DNA of 64,000 nt from Takakia lepidozioides (taxonomy: Eukaryota; Plantae; Bryophyta), in assembly GCA_030704615.1 (NCBI GenBank), contig CM060732.1, forward strand, positions 68,758,001-68,822,000, read 5' to 3'. The first letter of the stretch is position 1; each line of letters begins with the position of its first letter. Shown here piece by piece: positions 35,876 to 49,275 of this stretch. Under the pieces are notes generated by a model. That model worked only from the letters and a program-made list of their open reading frames with translations. It did not search any database and was not told where the DNA came from. The translations under genes and the position numbers were made by a program.

Positions 35876-38800
35876 GCAATGGGTGTGTTCGACTTTCCTG
35901 TTCTCCCCTTACTCTCTTTTGTCTTCATTCCGCTGGCAGGGAAGTGCCTCCAATATAAAGCCGCTTCGCCTCAGCAAAGCGAATAGTCTGCTGGACTCTC
36001 GGCCCGATGGGAAATGAGTCTGCTGCACTTGCGAGGAGCGTGGATGAATTTAGTACGATCCGTTCGTTCGGTGGACGTATTCAATGCGATGACGGCGGAT
36101 AGTTGGCGCCTGTGAAATCGCGCCACGTTGGCAGTGCCATGCCCGCTTTCCCCCTTCTACTTCTACTTTCTCCATTATCTTCGCGCCTGTTTCTTCGCAC
36201 AGTTTTGCACTGCTTTGTTTTCCTCTTTGCGTTTCCATCACCGTAACGAAAGACGACCGTTCTTCCCCAGGTGTGGAGAGTCGCGGTGAGCCGCGAAGCG
36301 TCGCAAACACGCTCGCCTTCGTAACAACTCGAAGTTCATCGGCTTGGTGAGGTTCTGACTTGTTGCGGTGTTTCCATTCCATTTTGTGTCCTCTTCTTGC
36401 TTAGGGTGAGTCTTTTCATAGGACTTCTATTTGTCGCTCTGTCGCTCATTGTCCTTGCACCTTCGTTTCATTCTGCAGCGATGGAGGATGCTTGTGAAAA
36501 AGGTGGAGCGGACTGGTTGGATTTTGTGCACCAAACCAGACTGAAGAAGAAGCGAAGGTACTGGTACTCACCAGACGAGTTTGATCATAAAATAGTGGAA
36601 ACATTTGTAGACCTCCGCGCCCGGAAGCCCAAAAACTCGAACTGGCAGAAGGACAAGCTCTTCTGTCCCTTCTGTGAAGAGGTAATCAAGGACAAAATCC
36701 AACTAAATCGGCATTGTGTTGACACGGGTTGCAAGGAGATTGTTGCAATGATTCCACGGGATTTCAAGCCTTGGCCGATACTGAAAGAAATGTCGATTGT
36801 CAAAGAGGCCACAATGCGCTTGCGCGGATCAGTGCTTGACCCCCGCACTTTGGAATTAGACGAAGTGCGCACACGGTATGGCGTCCATTGTGGTGGCCCG
36901 TCAATGGAGGATTTGCAAGTGCAGGGAACGCTGGACGCTCCCAGAAAACGTAAACTGAGTGATGGGGCCCAAAAAAAGGAGAGGCAAAAAAAGGAGAAGG
37001 CTGCAAGGTCTGCTCGCGAGGCAAGGGCAAAATCCACGCAACAGACTGAACCCCGTCCTGGGCAGCAGACCCACACCATCAGTACTGATACTGAAAGTGA
37101 ATCTGCTCAGGGCCTGGAAGGGATGACAAGTCCAGTGGACATTGACTTGCCTGACCAGACTCGGCAGCAGACTCACACAAATATCGCGACCCATGCCATC
37201 GATTTAGGGTCAAAACCAAAAACTCAACAGAGCACTGAAGGGCCAGTCTGCCCTGGCACATTGCGCCTCGTTGACTTTGGGCTTTTCCCACCAGAGTGCC
37301 CACCAATTGGGGATCCAGACTTCTTCCATTATTTCTACAGAGTTGCCCAGTCAGGTCTGTTACGCACATTAATCCGACAGACGGAACAGAACTGGTTGAA
37401 CAGCTTTGAAGATGAAGATGACGATGATGAAGTAGATGAGGTAATGGTCAGTCTGACCGCCCAGTCTGTTCTCTGTGCTGTTTGAGTCCATCATCGGGGT
37501 CACGTTGCCTATTCAGTCTGGTCAGTCCCCTGCGTTCTCTCCTCAGTCCGCTGGCTCAGTCCGCTCGTCAGTTAATCTGTTTTATATCGCTGCATTACTT
37601 ACTGAGTCCGTTTGTCAGTCCGCTGGTCCAGTCCACTAGTATAGTCTACTAGTTGCCTCCACCCTACGTACGCACGTTACAGTCTGCTGGTCTGTGAGTC
37701 CAGTCCGCTGCATGAGGTGAATATAGAGTCCACGTCCATGTTCCTGACCTCAAAGTTCTCTGCCGTGTACCAGGATGAACATGTTTCTATTCGTAGGGCC
37801 ATTTAGGCTTGGCGGATACCTAACAATGATGCTCCTTTACAAGCGACTGCAGTGCGTGCGGAAGTGGACCGCATGCGAGAGTACATATTATTATTATTCC
37901 ATGAAGTTTTCTATTGAGGAAGCCAACCATGTTCTAGAAGCCGCCTCTGCTGTTGCCATTGAAGCCACAAGCGACCAAAATGCGCCGCCTCTACTTGTGC
38001 AGCTGATTCTCATGGATGACCCACGGCCTGAAGACCTCAGACATATGCCTATGGCACATCCAATTTTTGGGGTGCGAAGAAAGCACTTGTTCGGATTGAC
38101 TGAGGAGGACTTTGAGCGCATGGCAGCTGGATGCAATTTGGCAATTTCCGCTCATACAACAAGTTGATGAAGGATCTGCATAGTTTGAGGATGGACTTAC
38201 TCCATGGAACAGACCATTCACAGAAGTTTGTGGTGGATGAGGCATTGCACTGGTTTGCATTGGTGATGGAGCGAGCAGTATTCGACATTGTTTTGCAGAA
38301 TCCCAATGTCTTCAAAGTCCTGTGGTGTGGGATCCCAACTAAAGATCGCATCGGCGCCATTGCTCATCTCGATGGAGCATGCCTGTGCCAGCAAATCAAG
38401 GACATTGGCCTCGTCGGAAATCTCTTGGAAGGTAAAATGTTATGGGCAACTTTCGTGTTTCAGTTCAATTTCTTTTGCCAACTTTTTTACAAGTTCACAT
38501 TTGCATAAACATGTGTTGCAGGGCGAGTTGATCTGGGAGACAAGCAAGTACAGGCTGCTTTCGACTCTTTTGCCAGAGGTGCAAGGGACCTTGTCCTAGC
38601 TTTACAAAGAGTTCGGGAGACTGTCCAGCAGACTAGCCACAAGAATGTCGAACAACATATTCCCCACGACACATGTGGGCAGACTGCCCAAGTGCTGGAG
38701 ACCAAGCATGTACACCAGACCATCCTGGGTAATAGGCCGGATCACTCCAAGCAGACTGCCCCGCACACACATACTCAGTATGTGCAAACAAAACTGAGCG

Positions 38801-41655
38801 GGCAACAAACTTTGCAGACTTTGCAGCAGACCGGAGAACAGACCGGCCAACAGACTGCCCCTCAGCCGACTGTGCAGCAGACCAACGAACATGACCACCA
38901 GACTGCCCCTCAGCAAACTGTACAGCAGACCGACAAATCCAGCCAGCAGATTGCCCCTCAGCACACCGTGCAGCAGACCGACGAATCCAGCCAGCAGATT
39001 GCCCCTCAGCAGACTGTGCAGCACACTGGCGAACCTACTCAGCAGATGGCCGTGCAGACTATCCAGGAGACTAACAGCCAGTCTGTTCCCTGGATTGTGC
39101 AACAGACTCGGATGCACTGGCCTCACCGGGACCTTGTGGACGAATTTCTGCTGAGTTCCCAACAACATGTTTTTGGATCTGCCAGTATGAGTGTTTTGAC
39201 CGAGTCCACTTTTCCCCCAGGCACATTCACTGACGACGTCATCAGGTCACCGGTAAAGCATTCTTATCCAGCTCCCCGTGCCCTGCCTTTTATGACCTTC
39301 CTGGTTAGTCCGGTTTTCGTGCGCTCAGTGGCGAAAGCCATAGATGAGTCTTACGTGATGACCGAACTCAATCTGGGAACGCAAAACCGTATCATAGATC
39401 TTACTGAAGAGTCTGAGGAAGCAATTGCCGGTGGGTCTTCCATACATGTTCTTGATGTTTCCCAAGTCCATGGAGATCCGAACACCCAGCCGGCTGTCCA
39501 CCAGACTGACCAGCACACTGAACAGTGGACACATGGAAGGACTGCCGAGCAACGTTGGCGGGGCAGCATACTGTCTTCATTGATGAGCAGACTGAACCGC
39601 AGACTAACCGGCAGACTGCACAGGTCATAGATGGAAGGACTGACCAGGATGGCTCGGAGCGGCAGACTGCACAGCTCAGCTCTGACTGCACAGTTCAGAT
39701 TGCATGGCCTGACCAGCACACTGCACACTTCACAGAGGGAAGGACTGACGACCAACCTGCCACCGAGCACATTGCCCACATTGAGGAAGAGACTGAACTG
39801 CAGAGTTGCCAGCAGACTGCACAGTTCACAGACGAAGAACCGGCGGCCGAGCAGACTGCCCACATTGAGCAACAGACTGAACATGCTGGCAGGCACACTG
39901 ACAAGGAACCACATGCGGCGCAGACACCGTCTGGTATAGCGCTGGATTACATGAAGTCTGCTCTCTCACCCCTTGGGCAGGTTGTGCCATTTCTTTTTTC
40001 AGCACTGTTGTTTATGTTTTAGCACATTGTGAAATTGGACTAATTCGACATTTTGCTCGGTATCCTCACAGGATGTTCGTCCCTCCGTCGGCAGACTTCT
40101 GAGGACATGACATCTTCCGCCTATGCTGCAAACGTGGGATCGACAGCCAAGAAATGTGTGGGGGTGAGCACGCTCCCCGATGCGCGGGTCAGTTCTACGC
40201 ATGCGACCCACGAAGCTGCAAAGACAGGTCTAGCAAATGTAAACAAACCTGCTGACCAGCCTCTGTTGCGAAGTAGGGCGGCAGCACTGCGTTTGTCTGC
40301 TCTATCCAGCCCGCCTACAACTGTCTCTGCTTCCCATGGGAGAGGCAAAGCCAAGAAGCGGACTATCGTGGACCATGCTGAGGAGGTCGAGGAGGGTCCG
40401 AGTACCAAGAGACGGCGAAGAAAAAGTCTGGCGTCTTTATAAACAAGAACCGCAAGCTGGCCTTGGACATGGACAAAGATGTGGGTCGTTTCCTGGAGCA
40501 GCACAGGTGAGTACTGTGCTCAGTCTCCTCGTCTGTCTTGCTCGTTAAGTGCTTTGCGCTTTGTTGTGGTCAGTCTGCACGCTGGTCAGTCTGCTGCTGG
40601 TTTCATCATTGTCTGTTGTGGTTAGTCTTGTCAGTCCTGATGAATTGTTCAGCCTGTAGAGTGTTTGGTACCATTTTTGACGTCAGTCTGTTCAGTACAT
40701 GAGGCTCCCGAAGGATGGTCTGCTCTGTGCAGGATGGGTGCTCGGTTTGGCAAAGCACATGCTCTGCACGTGAGGCAGGTATTCCATGCTGATGTTTTTT
40801 GAAGGGGACCCACGGTTTGAATGCGGACTGTCGCCGGATGACATAAGGCGGTCCAGAAGGTTGAGTCGGGGTGCACAGAAGACTCCTGGAGCTGTGGTGT
40901 CGATTCTATGAGAAATCGGTTGAGGCTGCATTCCTCAACACTATTGTGTTCTTCCAACGTCGACGTGGACGGTGTTGAAGTCATTGGGGGTGGGCAAATA
41001 AAGCCTTCTGGAGGTCTTGAAAGGTTGCCTCACCACTGAACGCTGGGCAAGGACTTGAAGAAGTGCGATTTCATTTTGGTGCCAATTGGGGACGAGTAAG
41101 AACTCTTCTAAGTCTGCTGAGACTGTCTCCTGAGTCATAAGTCTGGTTTCACAGTGTCGTCTTGACTCTGAGCGATTAAAGTTTTACCTCTGTATTTGTG
41201 CATGGACTGGTTTGAAGATTGAGTCTGCTGAGTGCTGAGTCGCTGAGTGGGTCGGTCTGCTGAGTGTCAGTCTGCTGAGTCTACCCATCATGATTGTGCA
41301 ATGACGTCATGTTGTTTTATACCATTGCAAGGGGGCACTGGAGTGGTTTGTATCATCGACCTCCTCCACAAAGGCTGTTACACTCACCTGAACTCTATCA
41401 GGGACTTGCATAAATGTCCTTTGTTCTAGGGGGGATTCGGAAGCTTCATGCGCAGTGCTTAGGGTATCGATGGACTCACAGAGTGGCATGAGATTGTCCA
41501 AGCCTTTCAGTTCACGCGCCCTGATGTGCCCCAGCAACCATTCATGTCACGGCCCTTTGCCTTGAGGGCAGGGGGTCGGGACAACATGAGGGCTGCCCCG
41601 TGGTGGCGCAGCGGCCGCGATAGTATGTGGGCTGAAAGCACCCTTATTGCCCAAG

Positions 41656-42155
41656 NNNNNNNNNNNNNNNNNNNNNNNNNNNNNNNNNNNNNNNNNNNNN
41701 NNNNNNNNNNNNNNNNNNNNNNNNNNNNNNNNNNNNNNNNNNNNNNNNNNNNNNNNNNNNNNNNNNNNNNNNNNNNNNNNNNNNNNNNNNNNNNNNNNNN
41801 NNNNNNNNNNNNNNNNNNNNNNNNNNNNNNNNNNNNNNNNNNNNNNNNNNNNNNNNNNNNNNNNNNNNNNNNNNNNNNNNNNNNNNNNNNNNNNNNNNNN
41901 NNNNNNNNNNNNNNNNNNNNNNNNNNNNNNNNNNNNNNNNNNNNNNNNNNNNNNNNNNNNNNNNNNNNNNNNNNNNNNNNNNNNNNNNNNNNNNNNNNNN
42001 NNNNNNNNNNNNNNNNNNNNNNNNNNNNNNNNNNNNNNNNNNNNNNNNNNNNNNNNNNNNNNNNNNNNNNNNNNNNNNNNNNNNNNNNNNNNNNNNNNNN
42101 NNNNNNNNNNNNNNNNNNNNNNNNNNNNNNNNNNNNNNNNNNNNNNNNNNNNNNN
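41656..42155. other. Assembly gap (500 N)
   Basis: Run of N. Confidence 1.
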
Positions 42156-45100
42156 GTCCCAACTTGTCGGCACCAGAGGTGCTTTTCCATAGACCAACCA
42201 AAAGGGAAACGCCCGTCGCGGAGGTGTTCTGTGTTATTTAACAGAACTCTGCCGCGTCTAAGTGTTCCATCCAGTCTGATTGGTCTCCGACACGTAATTC
42301 CGCAAGAATGGCTTCACTACGAATTCACTCTTTCCGTTTGGCCGTCCGTCGTAGGTCGGAAGGCGGTGCTCATCTTCAGCCTCGTCCCCATCTTCTTCCA
42401 AAGTGCTCTCCAGAATTTCTCGTACACTTTGGTCGCGTCCGGACAAAATCCTTCGGACTCCATGATGCTTTAAGACGTGGTGCGAAGTAAAGTCGCCCTG
42501 TCTCCTGGCGCAGTATCCGTCTCCTTGGGGGGGAATGAAATGGGCCATTTTACTACTGACCCTATCTACCACCACCATGATTGCATCGAATCCTTTTGAC
42601 AGCGGCATAGCAGTCATGAAATCCATCGAGACGCTTTCCCAAGTCCCCTCTGGAAATCGGCAAGGGTTGTAACACAGCCCCGCTTGCTTTTTATACTCGC
42701 TTCCTTTTGTTTGGCAATGTGGTGCATTTCTTTACGTACTCTCCTCCTCTGCCTCCCCCCTCATTTGTGGCCAGAAATACTCTTTCTTCAAGAGTGCCGC
42801 GTGCGCTTTTTGGCTCCACCGTGCCCGCAAGAAGCGGCTATCCTGGCAGTCTCTCAAGAGACTATCCTGACCATCCCTTCCTTCCCTTTGGCACATAGAG
42901 ACGTTTTTTTTTGCTTATAACCGAGCAGTCCGTTTTGCAAGTGGAACTGCGATTTCACAAACCCCATTCCCTCAAGTTCTGCATCACGCACTTTGCAGCT
43001 CATCCTTCCGGCAAGCCTTCCGGATCTTCCTTTGGAGCGCCGTCTCGCCCATGTACACCAACAATGCTGCTGCTTCCTACTTAAAGCATCGGCCACCACA
43101 TTGTCCCGTCCCGGTTTGTACTGGATATCCAACGTCGAACACTGCCAAAGTATCTTTGCCCACTAAGTTTTTTTTGGGGACAACTTGGGCTGCGTGGCAA
43201 AATACTTCACACCGTGACATTGTCCGTGAACACCTTCACTGGGTTGGAACCAACATAGTGGCGCCAGAGTTCAAGGCAATGTACCACCGCCTTCATCTCT
43301 TTTTCGTGCGTCGGCCACCGTCGCTCCACTCATTCATTTTTTCTTACTTTCGTAAGCCACTGGACGTCCATCTTGCATAAGTACACCCCAATTGCGAAGT
43401 CCGATGCATCTGTATGAATCTCAAAAACGGACGATCGAACTCCGGATTTTTAAGACTGGAGCTTCCGTCATCCGCTGCTTCAATTCAGCAAAAGCTGACC
43501 ACAAAATGTGTTCCATACCCAGACTTTGGATTTACACAGAAGGTCCGACAGCGGCCCCGCGATCTTGGCGAAATTTCTCACATACTTCCTTAATAGGAGG
43601 CGAGTCCTAGGAAGGATCGCACTCCCGGGACCGAAGTCGGAGGCTCCCAGTCCAAGATCGCCCTCACACTTTCTGTCATCCATTTTGATCCCATCCTGTG
43701 TAATCACGTGCCCCAAGAACTCCAACTTTTGTGACCCCGAATTCGCACTTTGAAGCTTGGGCATACAGCTTCCTCCCTTCTCGCAATTTTTGGAACACAC
43801 CCTTTTGAGGTGCTCCAGGTGCTCCTCCTTTGTTTTCGAGTACACCAAGATGTCGTCGATGTACACCGATCACAAAGTCATCCAACCACACCACTCCTGG
43901 AAAAGGCTGTTCATCAGCGTGCTAAATGTCGCTGGTGCATTGGTGAGCCCAAAAGGCATCACCAAGAACTCATATGAACCATACCTTGTCCTGCACGCGT
44001 TCTTCTCCTCATCTCCTTCCGCCACCCCGAATTTGGTGATAGCCGGAGCGCAAGTCGATCCGGCTGAAATACTTCGCTCCTCCCTCCTGCCAACCGATCG
44101 AAGGGTCGTCGATCCTTGGCAAAGGGTACCGGTTTTTTGATAGTCACCTTTTCGAGCCCTGTAATCGACACACATCCGCAGCGTCCCATCCTTCTTGTCT
44201 GCAAATAGCACCGGGCTCCGTAAGGTGACTTATCTCGGCCGGATGTACCCCTTTGACATTAGATCTTTGAGCTGAGTCTTCAGCTCGAACCAACTCTTTG
44301 TGGCTCAACCGGTAGGGTCGCCTTGCAGGCTTTTCCGATCCCGGTATCACCTCAATTTGTGGTCAACTCCTCTTCGCGTGGCAAGCCGCTTGGTAAATCC
44401 TCCGGCATCACATCCTGGTAATTTCTCCCAAAATCCCCTTGATCCAATCTGGCTCGGCTCCCCCTCGCCTTCTCCCTTTCACTTCTTCTACTAATAAAAC
44501 AAAAACTGGGACGTCGTGTGTTCCCCTCCCACGGCCCACTCCTTTGCTGATAGAATGTTTATTCGCCCCCACTGATTTGGGCGTTTCCTCCGACACTCGT
44601 AAAAACCTCGCCACCATTTCCCCATGGCCAGCGTGACTACTCTCTGGCTGCCATCTATGACCGCTCCGGATTTGCTCAAAAAGGTCATTCCCAAAATGAG
44701 ATCCACTCCATCGATCTCGCAGATAGTGAAGTTCTCACGTCCCCTCCCAGCTCCCCAGTTGAAGAGGAACATCAAACGCCAACCTTGTCGCCAACTGAGG
44801 TTCTCCTTTGGCAAAGAGCGCACACTCAATAGAGGCCCCCCACTTCCCTTGTCGGGAGTCCCAACTTTCCCGCGCCGCCGCCGGCGTCATGAAGGAGTGC
44901 GACTCTCCTGTGTCCACCAACAACGCACATTAGTTCCGGATATATCCCATCCACGAACAATAACTGACTCCCTTTTCGTAAGGCGCCAGTTCCTGATACA
45001 ACTCACAAGAAAATTTTGCCTACCTTGCAAGTCCTCTGGCGACCACCGCTTCCACCACCAAGCGACTGATGGTATCTTCCGACACCGCAGCTCCTGGTTC

Positions 45101-47066
45101 GCCCGAGTCATGTTCAATTTGCCGGGGCTTCGTGCACTTCTTGCACTGTCTTGGCCATGTGCCCTGGCTCCCCGCAATTGAAACACACACTCCATCAAAG
45201 GTCGCCTTCTGTCCGCCATAAGAGCGCTCGCTCCACCCGCTTTTCCTTTCGAAGCCCCGGGTGCCGCCTTGACGTGTGAAGACCTCCTCCCTTCGATTTC
45301 CACGTGCCATTTTCGCCGCGTGGCCTATCCACTTCTTTTCCCCCGTCGGGAGAGTCACCTTCCCGCCGGGTCCTTCTTGTGGTTCAGCTCCGTACGGCCT
45401 TGTCTCTCAACCCCTAGGGACATCCGAGAAACATTAGCTCTCTCAAGTGCCTCGTTCAAAGTCTTGGGTGGCTTCTCCTCCAAACTTCCTTCCTGGCCTC
45501 CCTTCCAGCCCATGGGGCCAGTCCCGCCCACAAAAGTTGAAGACCATTTTCTGGTTCTGTCCATGTCCGCGACTTCGAGCAACAGCACATTGAAAGCCTG
45601 GACATACCCCCGAATGTCATCTGTTTGCTTCAAATTCCTCATCTTGTCCCGGGCAAGCCAGGATGCGTTGAGGGGCACAAACTGTCTCTCATCAATTCCT
45701 TGAACTCACTCCAGTTCAAGGTTTCCGGGCTTGGGCCTCGCTCGTGAAGGCGTTTCTGCCACCATTGTTGAGCATAGCCCCTCAAATAGGTGGGAGCCAC
45801 TTCCACCCGATCCTCGTCAACTCAACTTGGGCCGCCCGGAAGTACTGCTCTAGCTCCAGGAGCCAGGTGTTGAGTGCCTTCCGGTTTCGAACGCCCTCGA
45901 AGTGCCGGGTTCCTTAGGCTTCACCTTAAACTTTGCCTTGGTGGAAGTGGCATTAGCCGCCTTCAACACGTCTTTCAACGTCCCGCCAAACTGCCCAACA
46001 ACCCTTCCCAAAAGGCTGCCGGCATGGGAGGCATCTCTTGGTTTGTCGGAGCTCTCAAAGATTCCTCGGGCTCCGACTCCTCGGATTCCTCCCCCTCCTG
46101 AGCGGCCTCGTTTTCGGAAACATTAATCGCTTCCTCAAACGGCCGCCTCGGTGACACGTCGCCCCCATCGGGCTCACCGGGTCATCATCTTTGGGCCGTT
46201 CCGCTTTCTTTCGCTTCGGCTTGCCCGACCCCCATGATGAGGCCAATCCCAAGGACGATCGCGTACTGAACTCTAACTCTGATATACCAAAAGTCGTCAC
46301 ACCTCAATTCGGTAAACTCCCCTTCAAGTCATAGTTACTCGCTTTGATGCGCGCGCCTGACTCCCAACCTGGCCGCCGGGCCAACTTGGAGTTTCGGCTG
46401 CTCACCGGGACATAACGGTCCCCTTCCGCTTCCCCTCTAAACCCTCCACCTATTGGGACTAGGAGAATTCCCTTTGGTAGATGGCAGTCCGGAACAGCTC
46501 CCAACTCTTTGGTCGCTTTCCTTCTCGCTCGCTTCGCTTACTCACTAGTTTTTGGTCACCAAACGGGCTTAAATTGCACCGTTCTCCTCCGGGTTACTAC
46601 TTCCCTAATTAACTATTTACGCTCTTCCCTCTGCCCGCGGGGGTTTCATAACCAGCCATGCCATTTTATGGCGAACCACCACGAAAACCCTCGACTCCCG
46701 GTGGTGAGTCGCGGTGAGTCTTGGCCCACTCAACCCGCGGCCCCAATGGACCGTGATGAGTCCCAAGACTCCCACGACTCCCACCGCGAGTCTCCACCTC
46801 CAACCCACATGGTGAGTCCTATGCCACGCCACCCACCCCCCACTAATTCCCGCTAACTACCACCACCACCCCTTGTGAGCCACTCCACCGCAACCCGGTG
46901 TGCGGGGCTCCACCTAGTGAGCGCCTCCGCTCCTCCTTGAGTGCCTTGGGCACTCAAGGGTGCTTCAGCCCCCCATACCTATCGCGCCGCCGCTGCCCCC
47001 ACCACAGGGGCAGCCCCTCATGTGTGTCCCGACCCCCCTACCCTTCCAAGGCAAAGGGCCGCGACA
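42156..47066 (-). mobile_element. Ty3/gypsy element of the same family in inverted orientation (LTR-PBS-gag-PR-RT-RH-INT), heavily frameshifted
   Basis: LTR 47066-46295 is the reverse complement of 47828-48511. tRNA-Met-like PBS TGGTATATCAGAG at ~46277-46289. gag (ARDKMRNLKQT..IRGYVQAF), PR (LVDTGESHSF), RT (DGTLRMCVDYR, YEFLVMPFGLTNAPATF, YIDDILVYS), RH (IQYKPGRDNVVADALSR), INT (MDFMTAMPLSKGFDAIMVVVDR). Confidence 0.9.
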
Positions 47067-47827
47067 ATGCATGGTGTGGTGGCTAGTGTGTAGAATGCAT
47101 GCTAGCTTACAAAAGTGGGAGAGGTAAATTGGTTGTAATTGTGTGTTTGCGCAGTGCCGAAATCGGGTGACTCCCATCCAAGGGGCAAGGAAACTTGCGC
47201 CTTCTTTGGGAATTCACGTGCTAAGTGCGCACCTGGCGCGTGCGCGTACTATAACTGCGCTACCGAGGGGTTGCCTTGTAGTGCGGGCCTAACGCGGAAG
47301 CTACGTGCTTCCGTTCACGTACTATAATCGTGTAGCCTCGGGACGAAGTCTTAGTGCGGCTTCGGCGTGTTCCCGTACCCTCAGGCCAGCATTCCAAGGC
47401 AGACCCAATTGTTAGTGATTGGGGGCGCACGGTTGGTTCAAGGTTATCTTCCTAGTCAAAGAGGGTTCCAGGTGAACCCCTTGCTCAAGGTGATGCCAAA
47501 AGCGGCATCATGAGCGATCGCAAGCAATGTTGTTGCAGTAAGGCGATTCGATCCTCGGGGAGGATCGTTCCTTTGGCCTTGAAGTAGGCCAAGAATAGTG
47601 CACTGGGAGGAGCTGGAGAGGCTCCACCCTTTGGCCGGGACTTGGAGGAAGTCGGCCGAACTAGCTAGTGGAGAGTAGAGTCAAGTGTGGGGGTTTGGTT
47701 CCTTACCATGGGAACGCCATGGTACAGAAACAAACTCCTTGATGTGGGACGCCACAACTTGGATGTTCGTTTCTACAAAATGGACAAGTCGATGAGGACA
47801 TCGACTCCCTCCCTTGGTAGGGGTGTG

Positions 47828-48511
47828 TGTCGCGGCCCTTTGCCTTGAGGGCAGGGGGTCGGGACACATGAGGGGTTGCCCCTGTGGTGGGCGCAACGGC
47901 AGCGATAGGTATGGGGGGCTGAGGCACCCTTGAGTGCCCAAGGCACTCAGGGAAGCGGAGGCGCTCACTAGGTGGAGCCCCGCACACCGGGTTGCGGTGG
48001 GGGTGCTCCACAAGGGGTGGTGGTAGCTTAGTGGGACTTAGTGGGGGTGGCATAGGACTCACCATGGGGGCGGAGACCTCGTGGTGGGAGTGGTGAGCGG
48101 GCCAAGACTCACCGCGACTCACCACCGGGAATCGAGGGTCTTCGTGGTGGTTCGCCATAAAATGGCATGGCTGGTTGTGAAACCCCCGCGGACAGCTACA
48201 GAAGTATATATAGGGAGTAGTAACCCCGAGAACGGTGCAACCCCGTTGGTGACCAAAAACTAGTGAGTAAGCGAGCGAGCCGGAAAGCGACCAAAGAGTG
48301 GGGAGCTGTTCCGGACTGCCATCTACCAAAGGGAATTCTCCTAGTCCCAATTAGGTGGAGGGTTTTAGAGGGAAGCGAAAGGGGACCGTTATGTCCCGGT
48401 AAGCAGCCGAAGCTCCAAGTTGGCCCGGCGGCGAGGTTGGGAGTCAGGCGCGCGCATCAAAGCGAGTAACTATGACTTGAAGGGGAGTTTACCGAATTGA
48501 GGTGCGCGACA
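47828..48511 (+). repeat. 3' LTR of the outer Ty3/gypsy element
   Basis: TGTCGCGG...GCGCGACA. Homologous to 41545-41655 and inverted relative to 46295-47066. Confidence 0.9.
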
Positions 48512-49275
48512 ATTCAGCTGGGAGTGTGGCTTTTACGTCATGTCATTCATTCAAGTGTTTTATGAGTGGGTAAAAGTCAGAGCAAATGTCTCCAAGACTG
48601 CAAAGCCAGAGAGAGGAACACCTTTCACAAAGGACTGGTTTACTTTCAAGTTTGCACTTGGGCAGCGAATGCAGTGTACCCAGTATATCGTGCGGGGGTT
48701 GGACAATGTAGAGAAACTGCTCTCATGAGTATGATGTACTTGTCATGTGAAGTCTATGTACCGAAATAAAAAATGCGAGTCTTTTTGCGTACTATTCTAG
48801 TGGTGATGAGCATTTTTGTGTACTGTGGGTGCTGGCATGTTTTGTAATGTTGTCACTAAACTCAATGGACACAATGGTGTCAATTTTTCCATGCACTGTG
48901 CACCCGAGTCTGCTGAGCTTGAATGTGCGAGCAGTACGCTGCCGAGGCTAGGACTGCTGGGTCTGGTACCTAGTCTGGGAGGCACCATGTCCATGAGTCC
49001 GCTGGGACGCTGGATTGGCATAAGTTGCAGGGATGAGGTGGAAGTGTGGTGAGCAGACTTTTGGAGTGGGCAGCAGACTGACCAGCAGACTGGCTTACTG
49101 GCGCTCGCAGTCTGTTGACTGTGACTCTGTTGGGAGACTGTGCGTGAGTCCGTTGGGAGACTATGCTTGGGAGATTGTGTGGGAGTCAGTTGGGAGACTG
49201 GAGGAGTCCGTTGGGAGACTGCATTAGTCCATTGCAGACTTGTATTTCAGAAATGGACAATGCTACCAGAAGAAA

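Larger units (their letters stand above)
41545..48511 (+). mobile_element. Ty3/gypsy LTR retrotransposon (outer copy) inserted into the Ulp1 gene
   Basis: 5' LTR starts TGTCACGGCC at 41545 (truncated by the gap). 3' LTR 47828-48511 (TG...CA) preceded by a PPT-like TTGGTAGGGGTGTG. 5-bp TSD ATTCA at 41540-41544 and 48512-48516. Confidence 0.88.
36481..48728 (+). pseudogene. MULE accessory gene: N-terminal Zn finger, Gln/Thr-rich repeats, C-terminal Ulp1-like (C48) SUMO protease; disrupted
   Basis: Approximate exons 36481-37440 (FCPFCEE...RHC...C), 37774-38431, 38522-39980 (QQT repeats), 40072-40506, 40696-41096 (DFILVPIGD), ~41332-41544 (GHWS, VCIID, HLNSI, PDVPQQP) and 48512-48728 (SWECGFYVMSFI). 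Contains stops and frameshifts. Split by a Ty3 insertion. Confidence 0.72.

Noticed and set aside
41507-42473. Long ORFs of 181-315 aa in the ORF track
   Set aside because: Artefacts of translating the 500-N gap.
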